Part shown: positions 11,985-24,039 of the stretch, one piece after another
Position numbering within the stretch: position 1 is the stretch's first letter
Layout of the letters: each line of letters starts with the position of its first letter
Origin: Octopus vulgaris
Taxonomy: Eukaryota
DNA: 64,000 nt
Direction: 5' to 3'
NCBI GenBank assembly: GCA_951406725.2
Contig: OX597831.1
Span: forward strand, 59,210,001 to 59,274,000
Translations under genes and position numbers: made by a program
Notes under the pieces: model-generated
What the model saw: only the letters and a program-made list of their open reading frames with translations
The model's database searches: none
Told to the model about the DNA's origin: nothing

Positions 11985-12920
11985 AGGGCCGACTTCCAGA
12001 AGCTCTTGCCAATCATGGGCGCTTCAAACACGAGATGATGCTTCATAGTGAATTTATGAGGGGATAATTCACTTTGAGTTTGTTCCAGACTGTCGAACCA
12101 TCATGTCAACCAGTGCTCCAAACAATTGGAGCAGTTATTATGCTATTGTGCAGCAAAAGTATCCAGTATTATTTAACACAAACCGAGATCTTCTGTAGTG
12201 TTCCAGTTGATCCGATCAACGGAACAGCCTTCTCGTAATATTAACGGGCAAGTGGCTGAGCACTCCACACACACGTGTACCCTTAACGTAGTTCTCGGGA
12301 TATTCAGCGTGACACAGAGTGTGACAAGGCTGGCCCTTTGAATTACAGACAAAACAGAAGCAGGAAATAAGAGTGACAGAAAGTTGTGGCGAAGGAGTAC
12401 AGCAAGGTTCACCACCCACCCCTACCGGAGCATCGTGGAGCTTTAGGTGTTTTCGCCCAATAAACACTCACAACTCCCGGTCTGGGAATCGAAACCGCAA
12501 TCCTATGGCCGCGAGTCCGCTACCCTAACAACTGGGCCATTGCACCTCTTCTGCAGCAAGACATCGCCAAATCTCATACTATTCGAACGACTCGGAATAA
12601 GTTCCAAAGATCAGAGGAAATCGATCTGATGCCACACTGAGAATATTGTCGGATTTTGTTCCTCGGGATTAACGTTCCGATCCATGGCACATTTCCCGCG
12701 CGCGCGACGATTCATACATCAAGCGGAAGTTGAAGCTTGTGTAAATGAATTATTTTCTTCGAAAGACATGAACTGGTAACTGCGCGGGGTCAAGAACTGG
12801 CAGAAAGGAGGCTTCAGGCAGTGTGACACAATGGTCTGTACTTTGAATGCTAGACTACCTGATTTTCTTGTAATTTGATGAATACAGCAAATAAATTACA
12901 AAATATTGCAATACATTGGA
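11985..12920 (+). mobile_element. mariner transposase catalytic and C-terminal remnant, interrupted by a SINE
   Basis: GIIHFEFVP; LLQQDIAKSHT; FRSMAHFPRARRF...VNELFSSKDMNW...HNGLYFE. Confidence 0.75.
12178..12548 (-). mobile_element. tRNA-derived SINE: family-B-like head with a different 3' body
   Basis: TGGCCCAGTTGTTAGGG..GTTTCGATTCCCAGACCGGG..AAACACCTAAAGCTCCAC head is shared with 7614-7922; distinct 3' domain. Confidence 0.8.
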
Positions 12921-13001
12921 CTCAAAACAATAAAGTACATTTATTAACAAGGATAAGAAAAATTCCATTCACACTCATAAAATAAAGCTTACCCAGTTAT
13001 T

Positions 13002-13229
13002 TATTTCTTTATTGCCCACAAGGGGCTAAACATAGAGGGGACAAACAAGGGAAAGACAAAGGGATTAAGTCGATTACATCGACCCCAGTGCGTAACTGGT
13101 ACTTAATTTATCGACCCACAAAGGATAAAAGGCCAAGTCGGCGGAATTTGAACTCGCAACGTAACGGCACGCGAAATACGGCTACGCATTTCGCCCAGCG
13201 TGCTAACGATTCTGCCAGCTCGCCGCCTT
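13002..13229 (-). mobile_element. tRNA-derived SINE family D with TSD
   Basis: GGCGGCGAGCTGGCAGAATCGTTAG..GAGTTCAAATTCC head; TSD CTTAC(C/A)CAGTTATT at 12988-13001 and 13236-13249. Confidence 0.85.
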
Positions 13230-13904
13230 TTAAGTCTTACACAGTTATTGCTTTATCGACACCCAAGCAAGCCCGCATTGAAAATCAAATGATGACATTC
13301 GTTTCTGTTCATATTCTATGTAAGTGTACGTAGTTTAACACAACCTACATTTGCTTGCATTATCACTGAACTAAAGCTTACTGCTACATAATAAATCTAA
13401 TATCCACAAGATATACCCACAATCTTTCAACTAACGTACGTAGCTCTTTATTTCAATTACATTTAATTAGATTCTACACAATAATACTCTTAATAAGATT
13501 TCATATTTATCCTGATAAACACACATTCCGATAAATATATAAAATTAGTTAAGACAATTACACGTTTATCAACTTGGAGATTTAAGTAGACGTATGCATT
13601 TCTACGTATATTTGTTTCAAAATTTTATTACGCTTTTATATACGCTATAACAAAACGGCTGTGTCCAGTATATGTCTATTCACTTCTAATCTCATTGCAT
13701 TTTCCAGTGTGTTATGCTTCCTTGTACTCATAAAATCTACTTTGTTCTATAAGAATGATTCATTCAATTGTATTCAAAATATTGTCTCCTACTCTATAGT
13801 CACTTAAACTTCCATAATAATAGTCAATGATACAAAGCAATTATTTTTCTATAGCAAGTACAATCCTAGATATATGTTTACAATTGCTATTTATACAAAA
13901 TTCC

Positions 13905-14485
13905 TTTCTCATTTCAGTTGCCTCAACTTCTGGAGCGACATTAGTGAAAGGTATGGTCGAGCACTCTTCTGAAGTGTGATTGGTCCTCTTCTGTTGTCCA
14001 GTCATGGACGGATTAGTAGCGGTTTTTCTTTTATTTTGACAATTTCATGGCAACATGTTTTAACAGTAATGGTTTTTCCGGATTTTAAATAGTTATAACG
14101 GAAAAATCCAGCAGTACACCACCAAACAGTCACCATAACTTTCTTTTTGAAGTGCTCTGCTTTATGGAAGGTTTCCGGTGCTTCATTTTGATCCAGCCAC
14201 TGCGAAGAACGTTTGATATTATTGTACAGCATCCACTTTTCATCGGAAGTTAAAATACAATCGAGAAATGGATCGGTCAATGTACGGAGGAGAAGCGATA
14301 CGCAAATTACATATCTGCGCATTTTCTGAATTTCATTCAAATCGTGTGTTACTCATTTGTCCAGCATTTTTTTGATTTTCCATTACTATGCAAATGGTTT
14401 CAGTCAGTTTTCTGGCTAACGTGAAGGAATGTTGCTAGTTCTCGGGTGGTTTTACGTGGATCTTTCTCAATGACGGTTTTGAATT
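13905..14485 (-). mobile_element. mariner transposase pseudogene fragment
   Basis: DPRKTTRELA...FLDCILTSDEKWMLYNN...KKVMVTVWW...KSGKTIT...SARP. Confidence 0.9.
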
Positions 14486-14846
14486 GCTAGGGTGTATTAC
14501 ACAGAAAACACAAATTACGAATTCTAAGCAACGCTACTAAAGTAAATATTATCGGTCGCAGATACATATTGTATGTGATGGGGCTGGTTTTTATTCATAA
14601 TTTAGTTTTCATTCATGTGCTACCCCCACCCCCAGTACATCATCGCTCAAGACTTTACTCTATTACATGTAAATCCCAAACGAGCGATTCACTCCGTTTG
14701 GAGGAGATGCGAGTACATGTTAATGATCAGCTACAACAATGGCGAAAGTTTCTGTCCATAGAGGCGTGTCGTCTCGCCCGGTCGGGGACATTCGTTGTTC
14801 ATAAACTTTCGGTGTCGAAATATGGGAATACAAATATGTATGTATG

Positions 14847-14917
<71 letters not shown>

Positions 14918-14922
<5 letters not shown>

Positions 14923-15126
14923 TTGTATACTGTCAACATAACGTGACAGTCCCGTAAGGGAATTACACCACCGCTGTTTAGCCCTAGGACGTATCGACGC
15001 TTCCTGTCGGCTTTGACAAATTTCCTGTGTCCTTATAATTGCGAAGGGGAGGCAAGCACCCCCACCAACTAGGATTCACACCTGAAGACATGCCTGTTTC
15101 TGGGTCTTACCCGTCATCAGTCCAGG
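14918..15126 (-). repeat. HHR-bearing direct repeat, copy 1 (retrozyme/pLTR-like)
   Basis: Roughly 85-90% identical by eye to 16968-17168. Confidence 0.85.
15081..15126 (-). ncRNA. Minimal type-I hammerhead ribozyme
   Basis: cctgga-CTGATGA-CGGGT(aag)ACCCA-GAA-ACAGGCATGT-C-ttcagg; predicted GUC cleavage between 15087 and 15086. Confidence 0.75.
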
Positions 15127-15140
15127 ATAGTGAGCCCTGC

Positions 15141-16832
15141 TTGTTAAAATCTTTATTATAGGCACAATGGCCAGAATGAAGAGGGGGCATAACAATACAA
15201 TACAGGACATGGGGTACATATAACACAAATACAGAAAGGATGATATGAAATGAAATATTAATAATGAATTAAATGAAATTGCTTACGAGCCCCCCAAAGC
15301 TCACAGTTTCATTTACAATTACAGTTGTACTATCTGGGGTGTTCGTCAGTAATGTAAACGAGTAATTCATCCTGTTCTATAACGCCGGGAAAACTGTCAT
15401 ATCGAACGTAGTGCGCTATGCACGCAGCTGTATTTGAAAACAAATTTATTAATTTATTTACCTTCTTTTATCCACAATTGCAGCCTTTATTTGGTTATCG
15501 TATATCATCGGGTTCAATTTCACTCTCGTTAGATTTTTCATTATCGCTAATTTTTTCTCAATTTCTTTATCCTTTTTGTACAACATTACAGCTTTGAGAT
15601 TTTTTCCTTTCGGTCTTCCTCCTTCCTTGCATGTTTTCAGACATTCTTCCTCTTTTGTTGACCATTTATTCGTTTCATCCCACGTTGAACCTTCACTCAC
15701 TTTAGTTGCTGTATCTCTCCCTTCGTGCGTTCGAGCCTCCGTCTCGTCGACAGACTTCTCTTTAGTTTATTTCTTTTTCTGGTCTTTGGGTGGTGATTCC
15801 ACCCGTGTTCGCTTTCTATCCTCTTTTTCTTCCGTTCTTTCCTTTTCTTCCTCCTTCACCAACTCGTCGCCACATTCCACATTATCTGTTGTCACGATTT
15901 CTTCTTCCGCTTGCAATTCCACATTCTCCTTTTAAAACTCCTCTGTCAAATCCCCCATTCCTTCCTCCAGTGTTATCCTCTTCTCTTGTATTTCTCTTTG
16001 AGGACACACATCCTTCATGCTCCCTCGGCTCTTACATTTATAACACATTGGAGGTCTCTCCTCCACCACGACTCTCAGTCGTGTCTCGTCGGGGAACGCC
16101 AACTCCTCCGGGATGTTATAGAAATCTGGCATTGCCATGTGGACTGAAGCTTGCACCGCATAACCCCACCAGTTTACTCCATTCGACCCCTCCACCCCAA
16201 GTATATCCACGCTGTCCTTGCAGTTGCACATCACTGCAGCTACCATTTTTCGGTATCAAGTTCCGGTGGGATTCCGCTTATTCGCATCCTCACTGCTCCT
16301 CTTCCACAATAACCAGGAAGCAAAACCCATTTTTCCGATCTCAACACTGTCGCTGCGCTCCTCCTCGCTTCGTCTTCATTTTCAAAACGAACGTCCACCG
16401 TAGCGCATTTTCCACCTCTACTGCAGAAGGCAGTTCTTCCTTCAACTTCCTGCAAACACTTCCCAATCTCCTCCACCTCTGCTACTTCTATTCTCCTTGA
16501 GACCACATTCCATGTTCTGTATGTTATGGTTCCCCTCTCCGCCCCTTTCAGTTCGTCCTCAGGTGGCGCAACCCTCAGACAGTCTCCTTCCTTCTTGAAG
16601 CCGTCGAAGCACTTCCTCAAACTTCCCTTCTCGACAACCACTTCTTCCAACTGTAATTCGTTCGCAGCCAGGCCCTTGCCTGCCGCTCCCGCATACGTTT
16701 GGGCTTGCATACCCAACAAAAGATCCAACAATTCAACACGACGCAACAGTTACCAACAACAACAATCAATAAATCCAACTCACAACCGAAAATCCGACAA
16801 CCTGACACAAACACTTCCAAGTAGCGAGACCT
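15141..16832 (-). mobile_element. ORF1-only (gag-like) non-LTR cassette resembling Tx1/L1 ORF1, with 5' UTR and 3' UTR; no RT
   Basis: GT-rich 5' leader, ORF1 remnant, 3' UTR with AATAAA at 15152-15157. Confidence 0.6.
15458..16710 (-). pseudogene. Tx1/L1-type ORF1 (RRM-like region, CCHC-type zinc knuckle, E/K-rich tail), with one frameshift and two in-frame stops
   Basis: MQAQTYAGAAG...VDVRFENEDEARR...VRMRISGIPPELD / NIPEELAF..RVVVEERPPM-CYKCKSRGSMKDVC (CX2CX4[H>S]X4C). Confidence 0.7.
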
Positions 16833-16967
16833 GATAGTTGAGATGCCTGCCCAGCCTTCGTAAATATATATATATTTACAGTGAAATCTATTCACTGGTC
16901 ACCGTAATTAGAAATACTGAATTTCTAAATGTCTCAAAGAGACATGAGCGGTGGTAGAGCGATAGAG

Positions 16968-17168
16968 AGGTGGTATACTGTCACCGTTACGTGACAGTCC
17001 CGTAAGGGAATTACTCACTGCTGTTTAGCCCTAGGAAGCATCGACGCTTCCTGTCAGCTTTGACACATTTCTTGTGTTCTTATATTTGCGAAGGGGAGGC
17101 AAGCACCCACACCAGCTAGGATTCACACCTGAAAGACATGCATGTTTCTGGGTCTTACCCATCATCAG
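16968..17168 (-). repeat. HHR-bearing direct repeat, copy 2
   Basis: Direct repeat of 14918-15120; its minus-strand 5' end is truncated by the TA/TACA microsatellite at the HHR core. Confidence 0.85.
17128..17168 (-). ncRNA. Hammerhead ribozyme motif lacking the 5' arm of stem I
   Basis: CTGATGA-TGGGT(aag)ACCCA-GAA-ACATGCATGT-C; perfect palindromic stem III. Confidence 0.65.
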
Positions 17169-17170
17169 GT

Positions 17171-17282
<112 letters not shown>

Positions 17283-17283
17283 G

Positions 17284-17332
<49 letters not shown>

Positions 17333-18135
17333 CAGAAGTCACATATGTGGTACTTTTCTACTTTTCTGTTTATACATATATTTACTCATGTACACGCACA
17401 CACACACACACACTCACACGCAGATTCAGATTTGTGTGCGCGTGTGTCTATGTGTCCATATAGGTGTGTATCTAGAAGTGTGAACAAGCATTATTTATTA
17501 GGAATTTGCCATCCACTTTATATATATGTTTTTGATAGATGTTTTTTTGTGAATCACCTTTCAGCAGTGTCTCGCAACACTCTTTATGATTGATTTGTTT
17601 GTAATCTTAAAATCATATTAATGGTTATTATATTTGCGTACAAATTTTCTTCAATTTTGTTTATATTTGTTTTCGGTTTCATAGAATAGTAATAATATAA
17701 CGTATTTCTAATGGACTGCTTGTTCATCGCTCTTCGAGCTATCATATTTCAGCAAAGAAATTAAAGCTATATAATGCATTTGTTTTTTTTGCTAATACAT
17801 TTTCAGTTATCGGAATATAAGAAAAAACGGAAAAGCTCATCAATTTCTGATTAGTCGCATCGCTAGCCGATTAATATGAAGTACTAATAGAGTATATTTT
17901 ATTAAATTTTAGTTATTATATGAATGCGTCTACTATATTCCCTCTAAAATATTATTTACGCTGTACTTCATTAACTCACCATTTAAATGCATTTCCGGGT
18001 TAATTATCATTTATCGGTCATTAATATAGTATTTTGTTAAATTTGCATTGTCTAAATGCTCCTTTTCACGTATTTTTAAAGTTTAAATAAACGAAATAGT
18101 ATTAATACATTTTTAAGTTTGTTGTTATAGTGATG

Positions 18136-18195
<60 letters not shown>

Positions 18196-18201
18196 TTAAT
18201 A

Positions 18202-18534
18202 ATGGGAATGATAGCGAAAGGGACTGATTGCTACCTAACTCAGATACCAGGAAACCCCAAAATGGCAGAAATTCAAAAGATAGTGCTCATGGGATCTGCT
18301 CATATCCTACGCAAAATACTCTATGTAATCCCAAGGTTTAAAACAAACTTTTTTTTTATTTTTTTTTTATTTTTTATTTTTTTATTTTTTTATGTATTAG
18401 ACATTCACTAGTACAACACAAAAAAAAAACAAAAAAAAAAACCCAAATATATGGCACAGAACTTCCAACCTGTTGTCTCTTGGGTGAGACTTGGAGCCAA
18501 CTTGTACAGACATAAAGCAAAAGTCAAACATAGA
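18202..18534 (+). mobile_element. 3' end of an R4/Dong-like LINE (second subfamily) within (TAA)n
   Basis: GMIAKG..IPGNPKMAEIQKIVLMGSAHILRKIL matches the C-terminus at 60400-60530; (AAT)n on both flanks. Confidence 0.85.
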
Positions 18535-18582
18535 ATAATAATAATAATAATAATAATAGTAATGATATTAATTATTATTAAA

Positions 18583-18788
18583 CAGTTGCAGCGTGGAAGG
18601 TGTTTGTAAGCCATTTAAGAAACACACAAAAGCCGTTCGATTCACTTTAACATTTAAGTTTAATTTGTCAAAATATTTTCGTCGCTAAAATCCGCGACCT
18701 GTTCACTGACAAAAATCCGCGCAGCAATTGTTTTCGTTCCAGCACACGATCTCAGATCAAATCACTTGCTATGCGAGTACATCTCCGT
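18583..18788. mobile_element. pLTR-like family E copy with an inverted terminal segment; G3-C8 HHR motif at 18665-18712 (-)
   Basis: Near-identical to 4097-4230; segment 18724-18788 is the reverse complement of 4040-4104. Confidence 0.75.
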
Positions 18789-18789
18789 A

Positions 18790-18817
18790 ATTATTATTAC
18801 CATTATTATTATTATTA

Positions 18818-18863
<46 letters not shown>

Positions 18864-18911
18864 CATTATTATTATTATTATTATTGTTATTATTATTATT
18901 ATTATTATTAA

Positions 18912-18954
<43 letters not shown>
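18790..18954. repeat. (ATT)n microsatellite
   Basis: Direct reading. Confidence 0.97.
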
Positions 18955-19126
18955 GTGATATCCCTAATGTTATATTTAATCTAATAATTGATTCAATTAC
19001 TTAGACGTTTGTGGAAGCATTCTACATTATACATACGAACAAGCATTGTATTCACGATGCATACATGCATAAGTACATGCATACTTGCTTATATAAAAGT
19101 ATGTATATATGTATATGTATATCTAA

Positions 19127-19167
<41 letters not shown>

Positions 19168-19547
19168 GAGAGAGAGAGATTTGATTGAATATGCCATGTG
19201 TTAACATGTACCTCCTTGTAAGAATGTAAACTTTCATTTAATCACGATATCATTGACGTGGATATTAGCCTGCGATATACACCTCGCTTGAATATTTATC
19301 ATTTCCGAGGTTCCACTCGCTATGAAATATATGTACCCCGCATCCCGTCTACTCCATTTCTTAATTCTTGTATTCTTATTCGCATACCCGGCAGCCCTGG
19401 TTGCCTACCGTGAAATATAAAGAACTGTTTTTCAATTGATCTTACTTCTATCAAAAACATTTCACAATCTTCCGTCCCAATAGACTTGAGTTTTAGGCTT
19501 ATTACCGGTTGCTTGAAACTAACTTTCTTTGTACGCTTCACTCCTCG

Positions 19548-19613
<66 letters not shown>

Positions 19614-20925
19614 TTGTGTGTATGTGTGTGTGTGTGTGTGTGTATTTATGTATATATATATATACATACACAAACACACAAACAAACACGAAGACAGACA
19701 CACGAACTAGTATTCACGCACACACATCTATATAAACATGCATTTCGAAAATAAGTAGACAACCTTTTTATCCTAATGACTCTGCACATACTGCTTGGTA
19801 ATTGAAACAGCTAATAAATCACTTTTTATTTCAGATTACAGAGTTTCAATTCTTTATAGCAACTATCTATACCTCTAACACGAGAAGCGAAATTTATTTT
19901 TGATTTTTAGACAGGTTATATTTTATTTCAATCTGGTAGTCATATTAATCGCAGTAAGAATGCACAAAACCTTGGTGTCCTTTACCACAAAGAAAAGGGG
20001 GATTGTACAACTAAACAGTAAAGAAAAGAATCAACAATATCCCTCTTACATCCACCCGGTCTACCTGACGGATACTGTATGTCAGCCGATGTTAAAGAGC
20101 AACTCCAAATGTGTCTGAGTACTTTTTGAACGTTGTTCATGAGCATAACTGCAGAGGCTGAGAAGCGAGTATTAAAATTCTTCTTAGACAATCAAATATC
20201 TAAAGAAGGGAGAAATATTACTTTCAAAAATAGTGTCTCTTTATATATGCCTATATATAACATATTTACAAAATTGAACGGGAATGTCTATTCTTATAGA
20301 TTTTCGACTTTAATAATTAGATATCTGTAGATTAAAGACAAACAGCACCGACGAAGTCAGTGTGAATTCTGTTTAAGATGATTCGAGGAGGTTTTTCCAG
20401 CAACGGAAAGCAGCGGTATGCCACAATGATTGTTACTTTCACATTTATTACCTTTATACTTATATAGATGTACAATCGTTGCATCTTTAAATTACTGAGA
20501 GACAGTTCTTATTTGCCACATTTGGACAATACGCTCCGTCAATTTATGAACAAGTAAACACCTAATGATTTACGAACTCCTGATAACATATAAACAAATT
20601 GGTGGCATGTTCACTAAAGAACAATGGTACAGATTTTTATCTGGTTTACAAATTAACAGTAAATAGCTGAATGTATTTCTAATTATTAATTAGGTTGATG
20701 TTGTACATGCTGCAAAAATTAGCACGTAATCGTCTTTCTTCTTTCCAAAATAGAGAACACAATTGAACTGTACTAACCTGACCAGGTTCATTGGAAATTT
20801 AAGAGATAGAAACAACAAATGTGACAGTAAATGCTCGATTATAATTATTTATAGTGCTTCTCTATATAGTAATGGGAATAACAATTGACATCTCTGCATG
20901 GAAGACGTTTAACTGGAAAATATTA

Positions 20926-21195
20926 AACGAATTAATGATAAAATATATACATTCATTTTAAAGTTTTAAAATAATTTTCCGAATAAGTAATTTTAATTTG
21001 AACCCAAATAGAAGGGCACATTGTTTAACCTAATAAAATATGTTTGTGAGTATTTTATTAGGTTAACCAAAATGCCCTTCTATTTGAGTTCAAATTACAA
21101 TTATTTATTCGGAAAATTCTTTTAAATATTTATATGAATGTGCATATTTGATCATTAATTCATTTAAAATAAAATACTCACAAGCATATTTTATA
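20926..21195. repeat. Imperfect ~115-bp inverted repeat plus a re-inverted copy of its loop region
   Basis: TTTGAACCCAAATAGAAGGGCA..AACCTAATAAAATA versus TATTTTATTAGGTT..TGCCCTTCTATTTGAGTTCAAA. Confidence 0.8.
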
Positions 21196-24039
21196 TAGAT
21201 TTTAACTAATTTACTCTGGTCTACTGCCTCAAATGCAAGGATACTCTCTCAATTATATTCTTTATTCTACTAAATGAATGATAAAGCGGGAATATATTAG
21301 CTTATTTCATTCAGTTAAATTAATATTCGAAGTAGTATAAAATATATTGATATGGACAAATAAAATCAAGTAAAAAATTATTAATATTTTCTTTATTTAG
21401 TCATCCTTAAAATTGTTCTTTTACTTATTTTATATTATATTTTCATATCATCTTTAAAGTGAAACAGTGTATGGTGTGAATGTATCCTGACTTAATTAAG
21501 ATACCTTCAACAGACATGGCTGTGTGGTAAAAGTTTGCTCCTCAAACCACACTAATGTAGTATATGAAGCGCGTTCAAAATTTTATCCGATTTTATTTTT
21601 TCCCACCGAAGCTAATGCTGAATGGGCAAAAGAATCTGGGTGAGACGTGACAACACTCTTTCTGACAACACTTTTCATTTATTAAATTCTTAAAATACAT
21701 AAGGTATAAGGCATACCATATTAACTAAATAAGCCTTAAAGCACTCACCAATTTTTTTTTTTGTTTTGGTTTTTGTATAATCCTATAAATTGCCGTGTGT
21801 AGAATACAAATTCGCAAGCATTTTCTGAAAATTCCAAGAACTAAAAGTGTTGTGAGGGGCTATATGGTGCCCGTAGTGCCAGATTCCGTCAATATTTCAA
21901 TTCTTTATATTTGACAAAACATGCAGTCTTGTACAAAATGACAGCTTCCGAATCCTGTTTTCTGACTTGATAAGAAATATTACACTTTAAACCTCTGTGA
22001 CTTGAAAACAAAAATTATGTGGGCAACATTGGATCAGTCCCTCAAATCCACCGTTGAATATTACATTAATACCCCAAATTTGAAAATTTCAACAAAATTA
22101 AAAATTTCTACAGGTGCAGCCAAATACAAAAGATCCCTGTCTATAATGATAAAGATGATGATAATGAAGTTGATGAGGATGTTGATGATGATCAATATGG
22201 TGACGATCACGACGAAGAAGACAACGGTGATGACGACGACGATGATGATGATGATGCCACGCAATAAAACCATGTACAGTATGTAAAAACCTGAACTCAC
22301 GGAACTATCATCATGGAAGATTAAGTTCAATGTATTGATTTTAATTTATTTCCCCCCTCTCTAAAAAAAGTATGCTTAAATCGTGTTACATAACGATGGA
22401 CACTGGTTGCAATTTTCGATAAAATATCAATATTTTCTTTTCATGTCAATAATAATGTATTCAATACAATCTGTTCTTTTGTGTGATTAATATAAATGTG
22501 CTTCTGTTTAAGCTCTGAACCATTTTAATACACACACAGAGCCACATGCGCGGCCGATACAAACACACACACACACACAAATATATGTATATAACTTAAC
22601 CCACATTGCCATATTTTCATCTTCTTAAGCAATTACCCAATTTATATTTCATAACTATTATTTGTGTTAATATGTTCTTGTGAATACCATTAACATGGCC
22701 TATCATTTCTATTTGAATTATTTGTTAATGATTGAGTTTTCTAAATGTATTCGTTAACCCCTGCAAAACCTGACAATATACACCACCTTGAAATTTCAAA
22801 GGAAAAGCATGATTCTTCCTACATATTTGTTATATGAATTAAATTATAATTTTATATATTTTCGTTAGCTTCTTATTGATATATGTGCAATCTTTATTCG
22901 ATCATCGTACACAACTAAATCTGTTGTGGGCAACATTGACAGAAGTGCTCTGAAAAGCATTTACATCATTTCTTACCCGTTGAACGGTAGTCGTGTCGTA
23001 TTTTTCACTACTGTTAAAAGAAAATATACATAAACCTCAATTTATGTGTTTCCAAACATTTTGTCGCTAAAGCAGAAAAATAGGACTGAATTAAAATAAT
23101 GCGATACCCCGCTTTACTGTTTAGATTTCGTAGAGATTTAAACGTACTATTTGCTCCTTATTATCCATGTGAGAAAAACGTACTGGATATAATTATATAA
23201 TAATCTATTTTCAGCAAATACATTCATAAAATTTGAAAGTTTGTCCTACTCTAATGGTCCAATAATTTCCTGAATAAAGAATACTATATTAGTTAATGTT
23301 TATTGCATTAGTTATTTACAGTATACTAAATTTAAGATTTATAATCGTTCTTAAAATAACGGTTTGATAATACTCAGTGTGATGTTGTTGGAAATAAATG
23401 CTGTCATCATAACCGCCCCGAAATTTAGTACTGTGTTACAATACATATTTAGTTATCATCTGCATCCTCTTAGTCATCTACCCATCCCTCACTGAAACCT
23501 TTTATCTGTCAGTTCACACATTCATATATTTTTAATCATTCTCCTATTTGTGTATAGAAATTTACAGTTATATTCAATATTACTGTTAAGATGTTTCACT
23601 AAATAAAATGTTAAAAACTACGCCTTCTCCTTTACATATTCGTTTATTCATGTTTTGATATTTCTCCATGTATTTACATACTTTAATTTAGGTACATATC
23701 TGCAAAAAGCTTACATTCTTTTCCTCTCTCTTCTATCTGACATTGTTTTCTTTTGAATTACAGAATAATCTTAAGTGCAAGGTCTTTTAAAGTTCCCTCT
23801 ATCTATTATGGGGAGAATGACCAGACAAATGGCATCACATCTACCAATGAAGAAATTCCATCTTATTCAAATCTATCAAATGAATCGTAAAACACAAATT
23901 CCTCTTGTTTTGATAGATTTTGATACTAAGGAAAAAGCGTTTTTACTTTGAAATATATATGTGCATCCACAGTTGTCTGCTTATCTCCAGAATGACTTGT
24001 GGATTTCGGATAATTATTGTTTTGAGATTGTCTATACTT

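Noticed and set aside
15790-16500. 236-aa plus-strand ORF
   Set aside because: Antisense shadow of the purine-rich ORF1 remnant on the minus strand
20378-20650. Stop-interrupted frame starting MIRGGFSSNGKQRYATMIVTFTFITFILI, resembling a membrane-anchored protein
   Set aside because: Many stops and no recognisable homology; can arise by chance in AT-rich DNA
23764-23890. Exon-like segment after TTTTGAATTACAG (IILSARSFKVPSIYYGENDQ...*)
   Set aside because: Short, no recognisable domain, and no partner exons identifiable
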